Origin: a virus
Direction: 5' to 3' (one strand)
DNA length: 64,000 nucleotides
Virus record (IMG/VR): IMGVR_UViG_3300039405_000004
In this document: positions 16,525 to 26,832 of the stretch, piece after piece
Layout: each line of letters starts with the position of its first letter
Position numbering within the stretch: position 1 is the stretch's first letter
The notes under the pieces: generated by a model
Seen by the model: only the letters and a program-made list of their open reading frames with translations
The model's database searches: none
What the model was told of the DNA's origin: nothing
Position numbers and translations under genes: made by a program

Positions 16525-16982
16525 TAGAGCTTAGCCCCTTCGATCCAGATGGCGTCGAGATCGGCGTCGGACTTCTTGAGCGCCTTGCCGATCACGCTCA
16601 CGATCGGATGCTGGCGCTCGAAGGTCATCGCGCCCGAAATCAGCATGGCTGCCGCAAACTTCGTGTCCGCGTCCTTGATGCCATCGACCGCACCCTGCAG
16701 GGCGTCAGGCAGCGTCTTGGTCCGCATGAACGCAAGAGCCTCATCCTGCGAGATGACCCCATCCTTGGCTATCGCTTGGAAAAACTGCCGGGCCGAGATC
16801 GACTCCGGGACCGGCGGCTTCGCGGTAGCAGAGACGGCATCTTCATACCCAGACAGGTCAATGTCGGGCGTAATGTCCATGCTGATGAGATCGCCGGCAT
16901 CGTTGCGCACCTCGGCGACCGAAGTGGCGCCGAGGCAGTGAAGCGCAGCCTCGTTGCCGAACGTCTTGGCGTCGACGCGCAT
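16524..16982 (-). CDS. Tail fibre assembly-type protein
   Basis: PVPESISARQF...FERQHPIV..IG.AL...LDAIW follows the fibre gene. Confidence 0.7.
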   Translation of the reverse strand: MRVDAKTFGNEAALHCLGATSVAEVRNDAGDLISMDITPDIDLSGYEDAVSATAKPPVPESISARQFFQAIAKDGVISQDEALAFMRTKTLPDALQGAVDGIKDADTKFAAAMLISGAMTFERQHPIVSVIGKALKKSDADLDAIWIEGAKL

Positions 16983-18049
16983 CAGGTCTGCTCCTCTTTG
17001 ACGATGAATTTGCCGTAATTCGGCGTCGGGAAACCCGGGACATCGGCACTCGTCGGGTGAACGACCGTCTGCCAAGCGAGGTTGTCATCGCGCTTGAAGA
17101 GAAGGTCCAGGATGAGCGCGCCAGCCGGCAGCCCATCAATGGCCCACACAGGCGATGATCCGACATGGAATGGCGCGTTTGTCCCGATAAGCGCGCCAGT
17201 TGAAACAGTCGTGTCGTCGAATAGTATTGTCGACCCGCTCGTGGCTCGCATCCGGTGGGTTACGGCCGCGGCGCCTTGCCCGATGATGATCGGCGAAAAG
17301 CATGCGAAGGCGCCCTGCACGACAAGGCGGCTTGTCGCGCTCATTTTTGTGTAGGTCATGCCGGTAATGCCGGTCGCGAACACGCCTGGGTTATTGGCGG
17401 GCATGCTCATTGAGACCCGGGTTCCAGAGATGATGACCTTCTCGTTGAATGGAATTTTGTTCGTTGCGACCTGCTGGCTGATGTCAGCCGTGTCGCTGGC
17501 GACCGCGCCGAGCATCCGGAACGATCCGAGCGCCGCATCGTAGGCGATGTGGGCAAGACGGCCTTGCACGAGGTCGTTGGCCTGCAGTGCCGAACCATCG
17601 CGTCGAACGAGAGCCTTGTTGCCGAAGCCGTTGAGATTGAGCTGGACGGCGCCCGTGTTCGTGTTGGCGATCTTGAAGTAGATCGCGATGAACGAGTTCA
17701 GTGTGACAGGCGGCGGGTTGAGCGTGAGCACGACGCTGTTCGCGGTGCTGCTGGTATCCGGGGCGTAGTAGGCGCCAGACTGCGCTGCCGCGAGCGCGAT
17801 GCGGAAGTTCAGTTCCATCGTCGACTGCGGCAGGCTGTCGGTGAAGTCCTGCGCGCTGTAGTCGGCCACGAACTGCGCGAAGCCGGAGGCGACCGCCGTG
17901 CCTTGCCGAAGAGCCTTGTTGACCAGCGACGGGTCGGCCACCCCGTTCTGAAAGCCCTGGGCAATCACGCCAGAGGTCGCCCAAGACGCATCGCTCGGTA
18001 CGGTCGCACCGTTGCCGGTCGCGAAGGGGAGGATCAGATTGCTGGCCAT
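16982..18049 (-). CDS. Tail fibre protein
   Basis: GFQNGVADPSLVNKALRQ N-terminus; FKIANTNTGAVQLNLNG. Confidence 0.8.
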   Translation of the reverse strand: MASNLILPFATGNGATVPSDASWATSGVIAQGFQNGVADPSLVNKALRQGTAVASGFAQFVADYSAQDFTDSLPQSTMELNFRIALAAAQSGAYYAPDTSSTANSVVLTLNPPPVTLNSFIAIYFKIANTNTGAVQLNLNGFGNKALVRRDGSALQANDLVQGRLAHIAYDAALGSFRMLGAVASDTADISQQVATNKIPFNEKVIISGTRVSMSMPANNPGVFATGITGMTYTKMSATSRLVVQGAFACFSPIIIGQGAAAVTHRMRATSGSTILFDDTTVSTGALIGTNAPFHVGSSPVWAIDGLPAGALILDLLFKRDDNLAWQTVVHPTSADVPGFPTPNYGKFIVKEEQT

Positions 18050-18130
18050 CCGGCGTCCTGTGAGACACGCGAACGGTCGCGCCCCGCGAATGCAGGCCGG
18101 GCCGTCCGAAGGTGAGCGGGTTGAGAGCGG

Positions 18131-19039
18131 TTAGGCGGTGAGCGCCGCGACGGTGAACGGATCGGCGCCCCAAGCGCCCTTCCCGAAACCAGCGACCTCG
18201 CCGCTATCCATGCCGAAGCCGAACAGGGGAGTGCGGTCGACGGTCGTCACGGTGTAGGTCAGGTCCACGCCCATGGCGCGCACGGCCAGAAGGTCGCTGC
18301 CGAGGATGTAGAGGTCGATGTCGCTCGGGATCTTGCCGGCGATGCAGACGCGGTACGCCATAGCGGCCACGTCGGGCACCTTCAACGTCGCGAATGGGCC
18401 AGCCCAGACACCTTGCCCGAACCCGCGCCCTGAGACGCCGAACGCGAACAGGTTGTTGACCGGATCGAAAGGTATCGCCAGCGCCTCATCCTGGATGAAG
18501 ACGTAGGAACCCGCTGTTCCGAGGTAGGCATTGAGCGTCGCGAGCGCCCCGTCTGTCGTGCCATCCCAACTGTTCGACAGGATTTTCGCATAAAGCAGCG
18601 GGCGATAGAGGCTGTCGGGCAATTGGGATATGCCCTGCCCGCTATCGTAGGGGCCTTTCCAGTACCCCAGACCGAACCCGAGCGGCGGCACGCCGAACGA
18701 GAAGAAGCTATTCGGGATCGGCGTCGGGACGTTACGCGTGCGGCCTACCCACTGCCCATCGACATCGAGCTGTGCGCCGATCGCCTCGTCGATGTCGAAG
18801 GCTTCCGGCAGGCTCGCGACGAAGGCCTGGGCGTCGGCATAAGGCTGGACGCCAGCACGCACCGTCGCGAGAAACTTGGCCTTGACCGGCGATGCCTGCC
18901 AGGGCGTGAGCAGCGCCATATAGTCGTCGCTGGTCGGCGTCGTCACAGCCGGCAGCGCGGATGCGTCGATGTCCGCCGTGAAGCGAGTGCTGTCCGCGGT
19001 AATGTACGTGGTGTCGGCGGTCGTGTTGTAGCGGGTCAC
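18131..19039 (-). CDS. Baseplate wedge/tail-fibre connector (DUF2612-like)
   Basis: FDIDEAIGAQLDVDGQWVGRTR...YRPLLYAKIL.N.WDGT. Confidence 0.8.
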   Translation of the reverse strand: MTRYNTTADTTYITADSTRFTADIDASALPAVTTPTSDDYMALLTPWQASPVKAKFLATVRAGVQPYADAQAFVASLPEAFDIDEAIGAQLDVDGQWVGRTRNVPTPIPNSFFSFGVPPLGFGLGYWKGPYDSGQGISQLPDSLYRPLLYAKILSNSWDGTTDGALATLNAYLGTAGSYVFIQDEALAIPFDPVNNLFAFGVSGRGFGQGVWAGPFATLKVPDVAAMAYRVCIAGKIPSDIDLYILGSDLLAVRAMGVDLTYTVTTVDRTPLFGFGMDSGEVAGFGKGAWGADPFTVAALTA

Positions 19040-20235
19040 GAGGCCGCCACCGTCACGGCGATGTTCGCGGGAGTGCAGGTCGCCGCCTCGTAGAAAGCGA
19101 TCGGAATATCCGACGCGCTGGGCGTCGCGCCGCCTCGGCTCTGCGTGAAGGAGAGGATCTTGTAGGTCTTGGCCCCGAGCCCGTCGTAGAGCTTGGCAGC
19201 CGTGAACGCCTGATCACGCTCGACGTCCTCGCCGATGCTCAGCCCGCTCACGAAAGCCGACAGCGACGCCTTCCACTGATCCTCGATTGCCTGCGTGTAC
19301 CCGCCGATGTTCTGCACGGTCACGGCGTAGGACACAGGCACGTTGGTGAGATAGAAGAACCGCACGTCTTCGGGCACGCCCCCCGTAGGCGTCACCGTTT
19401 GAAGGGTGGTGCCGTAGGTCGAGACGCCCGGCCCCTTCTTCAGTTCGATGATCTGCGCCAGCACGGCGGGATCGCCTCCATCGACGACCACCGCGATCGT
19501 GTGCCCGGGGATCCCGTTCACGTCCCGATACCCCTTGGAGTTCTGAAACACCTCGGACCGGGTGACACCAGACACCGCCGCGATTGCGCCCTTGAGGCCG
19601 TCGAGCAACCGGAGAGCGGGTAAGGCCGTGGAGATGGCCTGACGCTGTCGGAGAGCGCTGTCACTTTCGACCGGGGCGCCAGGCGTGGCATCAGCGATGT
19701 TCGTCGCCGACTGCCAGCCGCGGGTGATGGTAGCGATGCTGCCTTTGCCGTTGGCGGTGTCGACCGACCCCGCCGGAAGAGTGACGGCGCCAAGCGTCTG
19801 ACACGTCGCCACGACCGTGACTTGGCCGATGTCGGGGATGAGCACCGTGGTAGGGATCGCCCACTGGTTGCCGGCCGCATCGGTGATGATGCCGCTGTCA
19901 ATTTGGATCCCGGCCTGACCTACGATCAGGAACGGTACGGTCGAGTATGTCGCCTGCTTGCGGCGGATGCCGTTCAGCTTGACGTTGCGGTCAAGGCCCG
20001 TGCCCTGCGCCGTGCTCGGCGAGAACGAGTTGTAGGCTGCCAGCGTCTCGCCGTTGGCGTCGTGGATCGCGTTGGCGAGCAGGGCGAGGAACTGACCGTC
20101 CTGCGTCGCGGGCTCGACGTTGATGTCTTGGCCGTAAATCGCTCGATAGGACGTCTGCACGTAGGCGAGGCAGTCCGCGAAGGTCGGACGAACGCAGCCG
20201 GCAGCCGTGATCTGGCAGACAGGAGTAGCGCCCAT
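19036..20235 (-). CDS. Baseplate J / Mu gp47-like protein
   Basis: DGQF...AQGTGLD.NVKLNGIRRK...ESDSALRQRQ. Confidence 0.85.
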   Translation of the reverse strand: MGATPVCQITAAGCVRPTFADCLAYVQTSYRAIYGQDINVEPATQDGQFLALLANAIHDANGETLAAYNSFSPSTAQGTGLDRNVKLNGIRRKQATYSTVPFLIVGQAGIQIDSGIITDAAGNQWAIPTTVLIPDIGQVTVVATCQTLGAVTLPAGSVDTANGKGSIATITRGWQSATNIADATPGAPVESDSALRQRQAISTALPALRLLDGLKGAIAAVSGVTRSEVFQNSKGYRDVNGIPGHTIAVVVDGGDPAVLAQIIELKKGPGVSTYGTTLQTVTPTGGVPEDVRFFYLTNVPVSYAVTVQNIGGYTQAIEDQWKASLSAFVSGLSIGEDVERDQAFTAAKLYDGLGAKTYKILSFTQSRGGATPSASDIPIAFYEAATCTPANIAVTVAAS

Positions 20236-20633
20236 TAGCGACCGTTCTCGACCTTGACGGTGATGTTGGCGGTGTTGGCGCCCAGCCCAGCGAGGTAGGC
20301 CCGCGAGTAGACGGTTTGGATCGTGGCCGAGACCGTGAAGGTTCGCGTCTGGCGATCAAGGACGCTGCTGTATGCCTCGATCTCGACGACGCCCTGGGTG
20401 TCGAGGATGCGGGCTTGGAGCGCCGGGTCACGCAGGCCTTCGGTGCGCCGGCCGAGCACCTGTTGCTCGTAGGGCGTGCCCTCCGTGCGATCCAGATACC
20501 ACTGCTCCTGCCAGAGGTTCATGCGAGCTTCGACGAGGATGCCAACCGCGTCGGGCGTGTCGCGCTCAATGGCGAGCTGATCGCCGCCGAAGCGCATATC
20601 GCCTGTGGCAGGATCGACCTTGCGAATGCGCAT
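20235..20633 (-). CDS. Baseplate wedge protein (gp46/gp25-like)
   Basis: MRIRKVD..GDMRFG...WQEQWYLDRTEGTPY. Confidence 0.75.
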   Translation of the reverse strand: MRIRKVDPATGDMRFGGDQLAIERDTPDAVGILVEARMNLWQEQWYLDRTEGTPYEQQVLGRRTEGLRDPALQARILDTQGVVEIEAYSSVLDRQTRTFTVSATIQTVYSRAYLAGLGANTANITVKVENGR

Positions 20634-21499
20634 CAGTCGTCTCCGAGCGAGGTCATCGCAGTCACGTCCACCGGGTCATGGACCGTATGGGCGATCTGGG
20701 CTGCGCTAGAGGTCGCCAGGGCAGTTGCCGCCTTCGGTTGAACCAGCGATGCCAAAACGCCCTGAAAGCCGCTGGCGACCCCTTCTTGGCGATATCCAGA
20801 GGCATCGAACGTGGGAGGCACGGCCAACGAGCCGGCGACACTCGCCACAGTCGCAATGAGCGGGTGCATAGCCGCGCTGTAAGCCAGGGCCGCATTCGAG
20901 GCCGAGACGATGCCGTTAAGGTTCGTCGTCTGGACAGTGACCCACGACGCGGCCGCGTCTGCGGCGGCGCCGCCTGAAATGACGCGAGCCAGAAGCTGCG
21001 GCACCATCGTGTTCAGGCTCGACAGATAGTCGCCCGAGGTGAGCGGCCCCGTGACGACCGAGGTCGCATACTGCGCTGGCATCGCCGTACCGGCCATCTG
21101 CGCGGTCTGGTCATGGCCGAGCATGGAAAAGAAGCCCGCGGCGCCGTTGGTCAGTCCCGCGAGATTGTCGCCCGCCCCCTGGAACGCAGACAGCGCCGAC
21201 GAAAGGCCGGAGCTACCCGTCAGCGCCGAAATCAGCCCGGACGCCCCCGCGATGTTCGGGATCTGCGGGGCGAGGTTGGCGATCTGTGTCTGCAGCCCCT
21301 GCGTCAGCCCTGCCATCGGGTTCTGCATCACCGACGAGAGATTGCCGTCAGCCAGGACCTGCTTGATCATGGAGGCAGGCGCGGCGCCGTCGAGGCGCTT
21401 GGTGATGCTCAGCTTTTCCGCGAAGACCGTACCGACCTTGGCGAGCGGGACGCCGCTGATGAGCTGCAGCGCCTGGGGTAGCGCGATCCCTCCGGCCAT
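20633..21499 (-). CDS. Ala/Ser/Gly-rich hypothetical protein in the baseplate cluster
   Basis: 288 aa ORF coupled on both sides. Confidence 0.65.
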   Translation of the reverse strand: MAGGIALPQALQLISGVPLAKVGTVFAEKLSITKRLDGAAPASMIKQVLADGNLSSVMQNPMAGLTQGLQTQIANLAPQIPNIAGASGLISALTGSSGLSSALSAFQGAGDNLAGLTNGAAGFFSMLGHDQTAQMAGTAMPAQYATSVVTGPLTSGDYLSSLNTMVPQLLARVISGGAAADAAASWVTVQTTNLNGIVSASNAALAYSAAMHPLIATVASVAGSLAVPPTFDASGYRQEGVASGFQGVLASLVQPKAATALATSSAAQIAHTVHDPVDVTAMTSLGDD

Positions 21500-22137
21500 C
21501 AGCAGTTCAACAGGATCTTGCCGGCGACGTTCTGGATCGTCATGCCGTCGACCACGTGGGTGGTGCCGCCCTTCTGGCTCTGCACGGCCATGCCGTTGAC
21601 CTGATGGGCGCTCTGCTCGCGAACGGCGGTCACAGCCGTGTGACTCACGTCATGGACCGTCTGCTTGTCGTCGGTGCGCGTCTGCGTTGAGGTCTGCGAG
21701 ACGCCCTTGAGCTTGTTCGGGTCGGACCGGACACCGGGGATGAAGAAGGCGTCCCACATGGCGTGCTGACGGGTGTCGCCCGCAGACTGCACGCCGCCGT
21801 TCTGATGCCAGCCATCAATGCCGAGTGCGGCCGGAACGCTGAAGCCCTCGTTGCCCTGTTTGAGCCCGTAGGTGGTTGTGATCCCGCCGCCGCCCATGAA
21901 ATGGACTGGGACGTCGGGGACGATCGGCAGCGACACTTCCTCAGTGGTGCCATCCGGCTTGCGGATCACAGCCTTGGTCGTCGGCTGGAGCTTCGCCGTG
22001 TGGCCGTCTTGGCTGTCCTCGGAGAGCGTGACCGGCCCGGCTTTCGGGAGCCGGGCCAGGACACCATCGACCACCGTTTCCAGCAGTTCGGTTTCGTCCG
22101 CAAACCGCTCGCGGACGTCGATTGAGCGATCGGCCAT
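21499..22137 (-). CDS. Baseplate central spike (gp45/Gp138-like)
   Basis: QPTTKAV...LPIVPDVPVHF.GGGG...DGW.Q.GG...HAMWDAFFIPG. Confidence 0.8.
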   Translation of the reverse strand: MADRSIDVRERFADETELLETVVDGVLARLPKAGPVTLSEDSQDGHTAKLQPTTKAVIRKPDGTTEEVSLPIVPDVPVHFMGGGGITTTYGLKQGNEGFSVPAALGIDGWHQNGGVQSAGDTRQHAMWDAFFIPGVRSDPNKLKGVSQTSTQTRTDDKQTVHDVSHTAVTAVREQSAHQVNGMAVQSQKGGTTHVVDGMTIQNVAGKILLNC

Positions 22138-22181
22138 CGTCATCCTCTTGGCAGAAGCGCGCGGGTCGCTATCTTTCGGCG

Positions 22182-22574
22182 ATGCGCTACGCCCTCGCCG
22201 TTGCCCTGATCGTCGCGTCCGCCCTGCCGGCTGCTGCTGAGCCGTGGGCCAAGCATCCTGATCTAGGTCGCAGCGAAACAGATATGACCGAGACCCCTGA
22301 TGCTGGCCCGTCCGGAGAGAGGACAGCCAAGGCATATTTTGAGCGTCTTGAAGGTATGGGTTTCGCTTGCGATGCCGCCAACACGGCGTTGCGAAAGGTC
22401 TTAGTCAAATGCGACGATCGCCGGGGCCATACTATCGTATACCGCGGCCAGTTCGTCGGAGTGGGATACCTTGAATTAGATCAGGCAACCGTTGATGGTC
22501 GCCGTCTTGATAAAGACGGGCTCGTAAATCACCAGGCAAGCGTCTGGAATGGCGAACTGCGCGTAGCGCGATAG
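22182..22574 (+). CDS. Secreted moron protein, antisense within the tail operon
   Basis: Signal peptide MRYALAVALIVASALPAAA; lower GC. Confidence 0.65.
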   Translation: MRYALAVALIVASALPAAAEPWAKHPDLGRSETDMTETPDAGPSGERTAKAYFERLEGMGFACDAANTALRKVLVKCDDRRGHTIVYRGQFVGVGYLELDQATVDGRRLDKDGLVNHQASVWNGELRVAR

Positions 22575-22587
22575 AAATTGGCTTGAG

Positions 22588-24762
22588 CTACACCGTCGCC
22601 GATTGAGCGTTCGCTAGAGCCAGATTGTGCATCCGGCCAAATGCGCTTTCCATGACCACGGCTGCCTGCTTCGGGTTCTCTGCGCCAGTGATCGTGGTCT
22701 TTGTGTTGAATGTCTGGTTGAACGTTTTGGTGCTATTGCCGCCGCTGTTAACGACCGACGAAGACGCCTCGGGCGCGGGCTTCATGTAGTCGCCTGCATT
22801 GAAACCCGGCATCTGCATCATGCGCGGCACGCCGGGGATATGGATCTGCGGCGGGGCGGTTGAGCCGTCCGCCCCCTTCACCTCGATCTTGGGCGCCTTG
22901 ATCTCAACAGGCTGCCGATCCAACGGCATCGTTGACGCCTTCGGGTCGACCTTTTGCATCAACGCGACGGCGGTCGCATTCTTCGCCCCGACGAGCGAAG
23001 CCCATTCCTGCTGCAGTCCTATCGGGCTAGCGCCGCGCTGACGAGCGAGGTTCGCGCCGATCCGGTCCTGCGTCTTCTCATCAAATAAATCAGTGCCCTT
23101 GAGCCCTAGTTGGCGCATTTGGGCGCGCAACGTGCTCCCCACAATCTGATAGCGCCCCATCGCCGAAGAATTGGGGTTCCCCGGCTGGCGGCGCATATAG
23201 TTGCCCAACTCAATAATCTCGTCGAGCGTTTTTGTGGTGAGCTTCTGCTCCTGTCCGCCTGGCAGATATCGTCCATATCCGAGCGAGGTGTCGTACCCGC
23301 CATTCGCCCGGTGTGCCGTGCCCTCAGATCGTGCAATGTGATCTAGCACGTCTTTGTAGGCGCCAGGATTGGCCGCTACGCCGCCAGACTGATCGCCTCG
23401 CAGGGCACGTGCTGCGCGAGCGCGAAGACCGCCACGGGTGCCAGCAGGCTCATTCGGGTCCGGCTTGCCACCCAAGATCGTCGGCGCGTAGCGCTGGTAG
23501 ATTGACCGGGTATCAGGGACTGGCCCCGCGGTCGCGCCCGGCGTGACTACGACACCAGGGCCGCCGCCGTTGGCCCGCTCAAACGCCGCCGGCCCGGCCA
23601 GGATGCTCGTGATGACCTTGTCGTAGCCCCCCAGGATCGCTGAGAGTTTCGTGACGCTCGCGATTTTTTGGAGGATGCCGAAGATGGACTCAAAGGCGCT
23701 GGCGATGGCTTTGACCTTGTCCGCGAAGGCGTCCCAGCGCTTCATGAACGCTTCGCCCTCGCTCCCGGCGAACCACGTCACCATGGCGCTGATCTTCTCG
23801 GCGAGCCAGACGACGGCTTCCGAGATGCCGCGCATGATGCGCTCGACCTTCTCGGGGTTGGCCGAAATCCACTCCTGAAACCGCCTGACGATCTGCTCCA
23901 GCGCGGGAGCTAGGCTGACCATCAGCTTGTCGCCGAGCGCGGACACCGTCGCCTGAAGGCGCATCAGCGTGCGCTGGAAGGCCATGGAGGCGTCGGCCGC
24001 CTCCTTGCTGTTGACGCCCAGCGCCTTGGTCGTGGCGTCGTACTCGGCCCGGTACTCCTTCACCTTGGCCGCGTACTGCGTCAGGAGCTTGTAGTCCTCC
24101 TCGGAGATGCCGAGCATGCCGGCTTCGCGGCTGCCGACCTGATACTCGTGCTTTGACAGCGCATCGACCGTGTCGAGGAGCTGATCGGCCATATCCTTGG
24201 TCGTGTCGACGCCAAGGCTCTGCACGTAGCTCTTGAGGCCGTCGTTCGTCCGCAGTGCCTGCGCGAACTTCTCGACCGCGCTGACCGCCTGCTGCGACGA
24301 ACCGCCGACCTGCTTGAAGGCGTAGCCGAGCGAATTCAGGCTCTGCACCGAGGCACCGGTGCGTGCGGACACGAACCCGAGGTTGTCAAACGCCTGCGTG
24401 ACCCGGTTCACGGCGTAGCTGATCGCGGTCGCCGCGGCCGTGGCGGCCAGCGCCAGCCGGCTCATGCCGGCCATAAACTCCTTGTTCCGCTCCTCGCGCT
24501 TGCGGGCCGTCTCCTTCTCGGCCTTCTCACGCTCCTGCGCGGTAGCGAGGGCGGCGCGGGCCTCCTTCAGGTTCGCTTCGCGGGTGAGCTTGGCGATCTC
24601 GTCGGCGGTCTTGGCTCCTTCCCAACGCGCGTCCTCAATCCGCTGCTCTGCGTCGCGAACGGCCTTCTCATAGTCGGCGATCGACTTCTTGGCGGTGTTG
24701 AGCGAGCCCTGGTTCACGTCGAAGCCGAGGGCCACGAGGAACGAGGCGATGGTGTTATCCAT
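22588..24762 (-). CDS. Tape-measure protein with C-terminal lysozyme-like domain
   Basis: Helical N-terminus; LDHIARSEG...SAMGRYQIVGSTL...FDEKTQD...EWASL. Confidence 0.85.
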   Translation of the reverse strand: MDNTIASFLVALGFDVNQGSLNTAKKSIADYEKAVRDAEQRIEDARWEGAKTADEIAKLTREANLKEARAALATAQEREKAEKETARKREERNKEFMAGMSRLALAATAAATAISYAVNRVTQAFDNLGFVSARTGASVQSLNSLGYAFKQVGGSSQQAVSAVEKFAQALRTNDGLKSYVQSLGVDTTKDMADQLLDTVDALSKHEYQVGSREAGMLGISEEDYKLLTQYAAKVKEYRAEYDATTKALGVNSKEAADASMAFQRTLMRLQATVSALGDKLMVSLAPALEQIVRRFQEWISANPEKVERIMRGISEAVVWLAEKISAMVTWFAGSEGEAFMKRWDAFADKVKAIASAFESIFGILQKIASVTKLSAILGGYDKVITSILAGPAAFERANGGGPGVVVTPGATAGPVPDTRSIYQRYAPTILGGKPDPNEPAGTRGGLRARAARALRGDQSGGVAANPGAYKDVLDHIARSEGTAHRANGGYDTSLGYGRYLPGGQEQKLTTKTLDEIIELGNYMRRQPGNPNSSAMGRYQIVGSTLRAQMRQLGLKGTDLFDEKTQDRIGANLARQRGASPIGLQQEWASLVGAKNATAVALMQKVDPKASTMPLDRQPVEIKAPKIEVKGADGSTAPPQIHIPGVPRMMQMPGFNAGDYMKPAPEASSSVVNSGGNSTKTFNQTFNTKTTITGAENPKQAAVVMESAFGRMHNLALANAQSATV

Positions 24763-25723
24763 TCGGCGTGCCTATGCCGCGCGCTGCCATGGCCGGAGAG
24801 ATGGAGCCCGCCGAGGTGGCGACCGCCACGAAGTTGGTGAAGAACGGCTCGCCGCGTGTGTCGCCGAGGTGCCCGACGTAGAAGACCTTGTAGGTGCCGT
24901 CCGCCGAGATGCCGAACCGCTGAAGCTGGGCGTTGTTCGGAGCACCCGTGATGCTCGGGTCAAACTCGGCCTGCTGGATCGCCTTCTGGTCGATCTGAAC
25001 GGTGCTGCCCGGCACGATCTGGCCGTTGAGCAGCGCGACGCCCTCGATGCCCTGAATGGTTTGAACGGGCAGTCCGACGAGGCCGGTCTTGCTGTTCAGG
25101 ACGATCGTGCGGCCCGGAAGCGGCTTATCGTTGGCGAGCACCTGAAGCTTGCCATTTTGGATCGACCACGAGGTTTTTGTGGCCTGGCACGTCTGCCGCA
25201 ACCAGTCTTTCGCGTTGCCGAACAGAGCGGCCCCGCGCGGGAACTTGGTCTTCGTCAAAGCCTCTGTGTCGATGTACCCAAGGCTGATGCCGAAGGCCTT
25301 CATCGGCTCAAAGCAGGCCATCACGCGGTCGTTGTGCGTGTGGCCGGCGGACAGGGTCTTGTTGACCACCGCGTAGTTGCGCGGCGTGCTGCCATCCGTG
25401 GCGAGGATCGCCAGCACCTTGTCGGTCACGTCGGCCCGCAGGTTGCGAGCTTGCCGGATCTCCCCCTTGAACAGGACGTAGATCGGCTCGCCGACGTAGC
25501 CGGCCGAGAGCGTCACCGTCTTGCCGACGAAGAAGGCCGGCTGCGTGCTGCTGTCCGCCAGGTTGAAGATGCCAATGCGCGCCACGTTCGGCGTGCTGGC
25601 ATCCTTCTGCGTCGTCTCAAACGTGATCCGGAGTCCTTGGCCGCCGTTCTCGTCGCCGACATAGGTGAAGGTCTTTCCGCCCTCGATCTCGACCGAGACG
25701 GTGCGGAGGTACTGTTTGCCCAT
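24755..25723 (-). CDS. Baseplate hub protein
   Basis: Position; LNSKTGLVGLP..TIQG. Confidence 0.75.
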   Translation of the reverse strand: MGKQYLRTVSVEIEGGKTFTYVGDENGGQGLRITFETTQKDASTPNVARIGIFNLADSSTQPAFFVGKTVTLSAGYVGEPIYVLFKGEIRQARNLRADVTDKVLAILATDGSTPRNYAVVNKTLSAGHTHNDRVMACFEPMKAFGISLGYIDTEALTKTKFPRGAALFGNAKDWLRQTCQATKTSWSIQNGKLQVLANDKPLPGRTIVLNSKTGLVGLPVQTIQGIEGVALLNGQIVPGSTVQIDQKAIQQAEFDPSITGAPNNAQLQRFGISADGTYKVFYVGHLGDTRGEPFFTNFVAVATSAGSISPAMAARGIGTPNG

Positions 25724-25726
25724 GTG

Positions 25727-26044
25727 TCAGGGCGCGACGTAGTAGAGGTGGGACGTGACGCCGAGACCATCGAAGGTCGGCACCTCGCCCGCGCCGCGAT
25801 CCGTCGTCACGAGCAGCGCGCCGGGGATGCCGAGGTAGCGGTACTGCGAGAGCAGGTCGACGCCCGTCACCATCGGAATGCCGGCCACCAAGAGCGTGCC
25901 ATTCGCGTCGCCGATGTCGAGCACCCAGCAGCCATCCTGCGCGACGTTGTAGGTGAGGCGCATGTTGTAGAGCGTGCCGCTCAGCGTGACAGTGAAGCGC
26001 TGGGCCTGCGACGGCTTCAGCGGGATCTCGACGGCCGTGGTCAC
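25727..26044 (-). CDS. Baseplate plug protein
   Basis: WVLDIGDANG..LVAGIPMVTGVDLL.QY.YLG. Confidence 0.75.
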   Translation of the reverse strand: MTTAVEIPLKPSQAQRFTVTLSGTLYNMRLTYNVAQDGCWVLDIGDANGTLLVAGIPMVTGVDLLSQYRYLGIPGALLVTTDRGAGEVPTFDGLGVTSHLYYVAP

Positions 26045-26045
26045 G

Positions 26046-26807
26046 TCAGAAGCCTGGATTGCCAGCGCCGAAGACGTTGAGCGGAGCCGCAGGGACCGGC
26101 CCTTGGCTCAGGACCTCACCCGTCGTGCCATCCTGAACGGTCATTTCACCGACGTCGACCGAATAGGTTGGCGCGCTCAGGCCACTCAGCCCTTCGCCAA
26201 CGGCACCACCGAGGCCGAGATCGCCGGAAGCGGCCGTGCTGCCAGGGCTGAAGGCGCCGGAGAACGCTTGGGGTCCGACATCTGCGGTCGAGACGTTGCC
26301 GCCGTTCGTGATGCTCCCGGTGGAAGCCGGGTTGGCCTGATCGGCGTTGCCGCCTGGGGCGCCGCCCCCCTGCCCTGCCCCCGCGCTCGTCGTCTGGGTC
26401 GAGACGATGATGACCTCTTGCAAGGCCACCGTCGCCATAAGGGTGTTTTCGGAGTGCGGATCCGTCACGACAGAGATGCCGCGGATGATCATGTTCCGGT
26501 AGCGGCGCTTGCCGGTGTAGACCGTGAAGGGCTGCCGAGTAAGCTGCAGGCTCAAGAGAGCGCGGTACTGCTCCTGCACGTAGCCGACGTAGCCCGCCGA
26601 GGAGTTGGAGAACCCGCAGCGGATCTCCAGCTCGGCCGGGCGCTTGAACGCATGGTCCGTGATGACCCCGCCGCCCTCGACCGGGTGCTGGGTGATGATG
26701 ACTTCGTCCCGGTGGTTCTCCTCAATCGTCACATCGGCGTAGATCTGGCCGATGGCGCGGGCGCTGGGCTGGATCAGCGCGTAGGAGAGTTCACCGAGAA
26801 GGGACAT
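26046..26807 (-). CDS. Dit-like tail tube initiator
   Basis: ITQHPVEGGGVITDHAFKRP...YTGKRRYRNMII. Confidence 0.8.
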   Translation of the reverse strand: MSLLGELSYALIQPSARAIGQIYADVTIEENHRDEVIITQHPVEGGGVITDHAFKRPAELEIRCGFSNSSAGYVGYVQEQYRALLSLQLTRQPFTVYTGKRRYRNMIIRGISVVTDPHSENTLMATVALQEVIIVSTQTTSAGAGQGGGAPGGNADQANPASTGSITNGGNVSTADVGPQAFSGAFSPGSTAASGDLGLGGAVGEGLSGLSAPTYSVDVGEMTVQDGTTGEVLSQGPVPAAPLNVFGAGNPGF

Positions 26808-26832
26808 ACACCGCCCTCCCCGGCCGGTTGCG

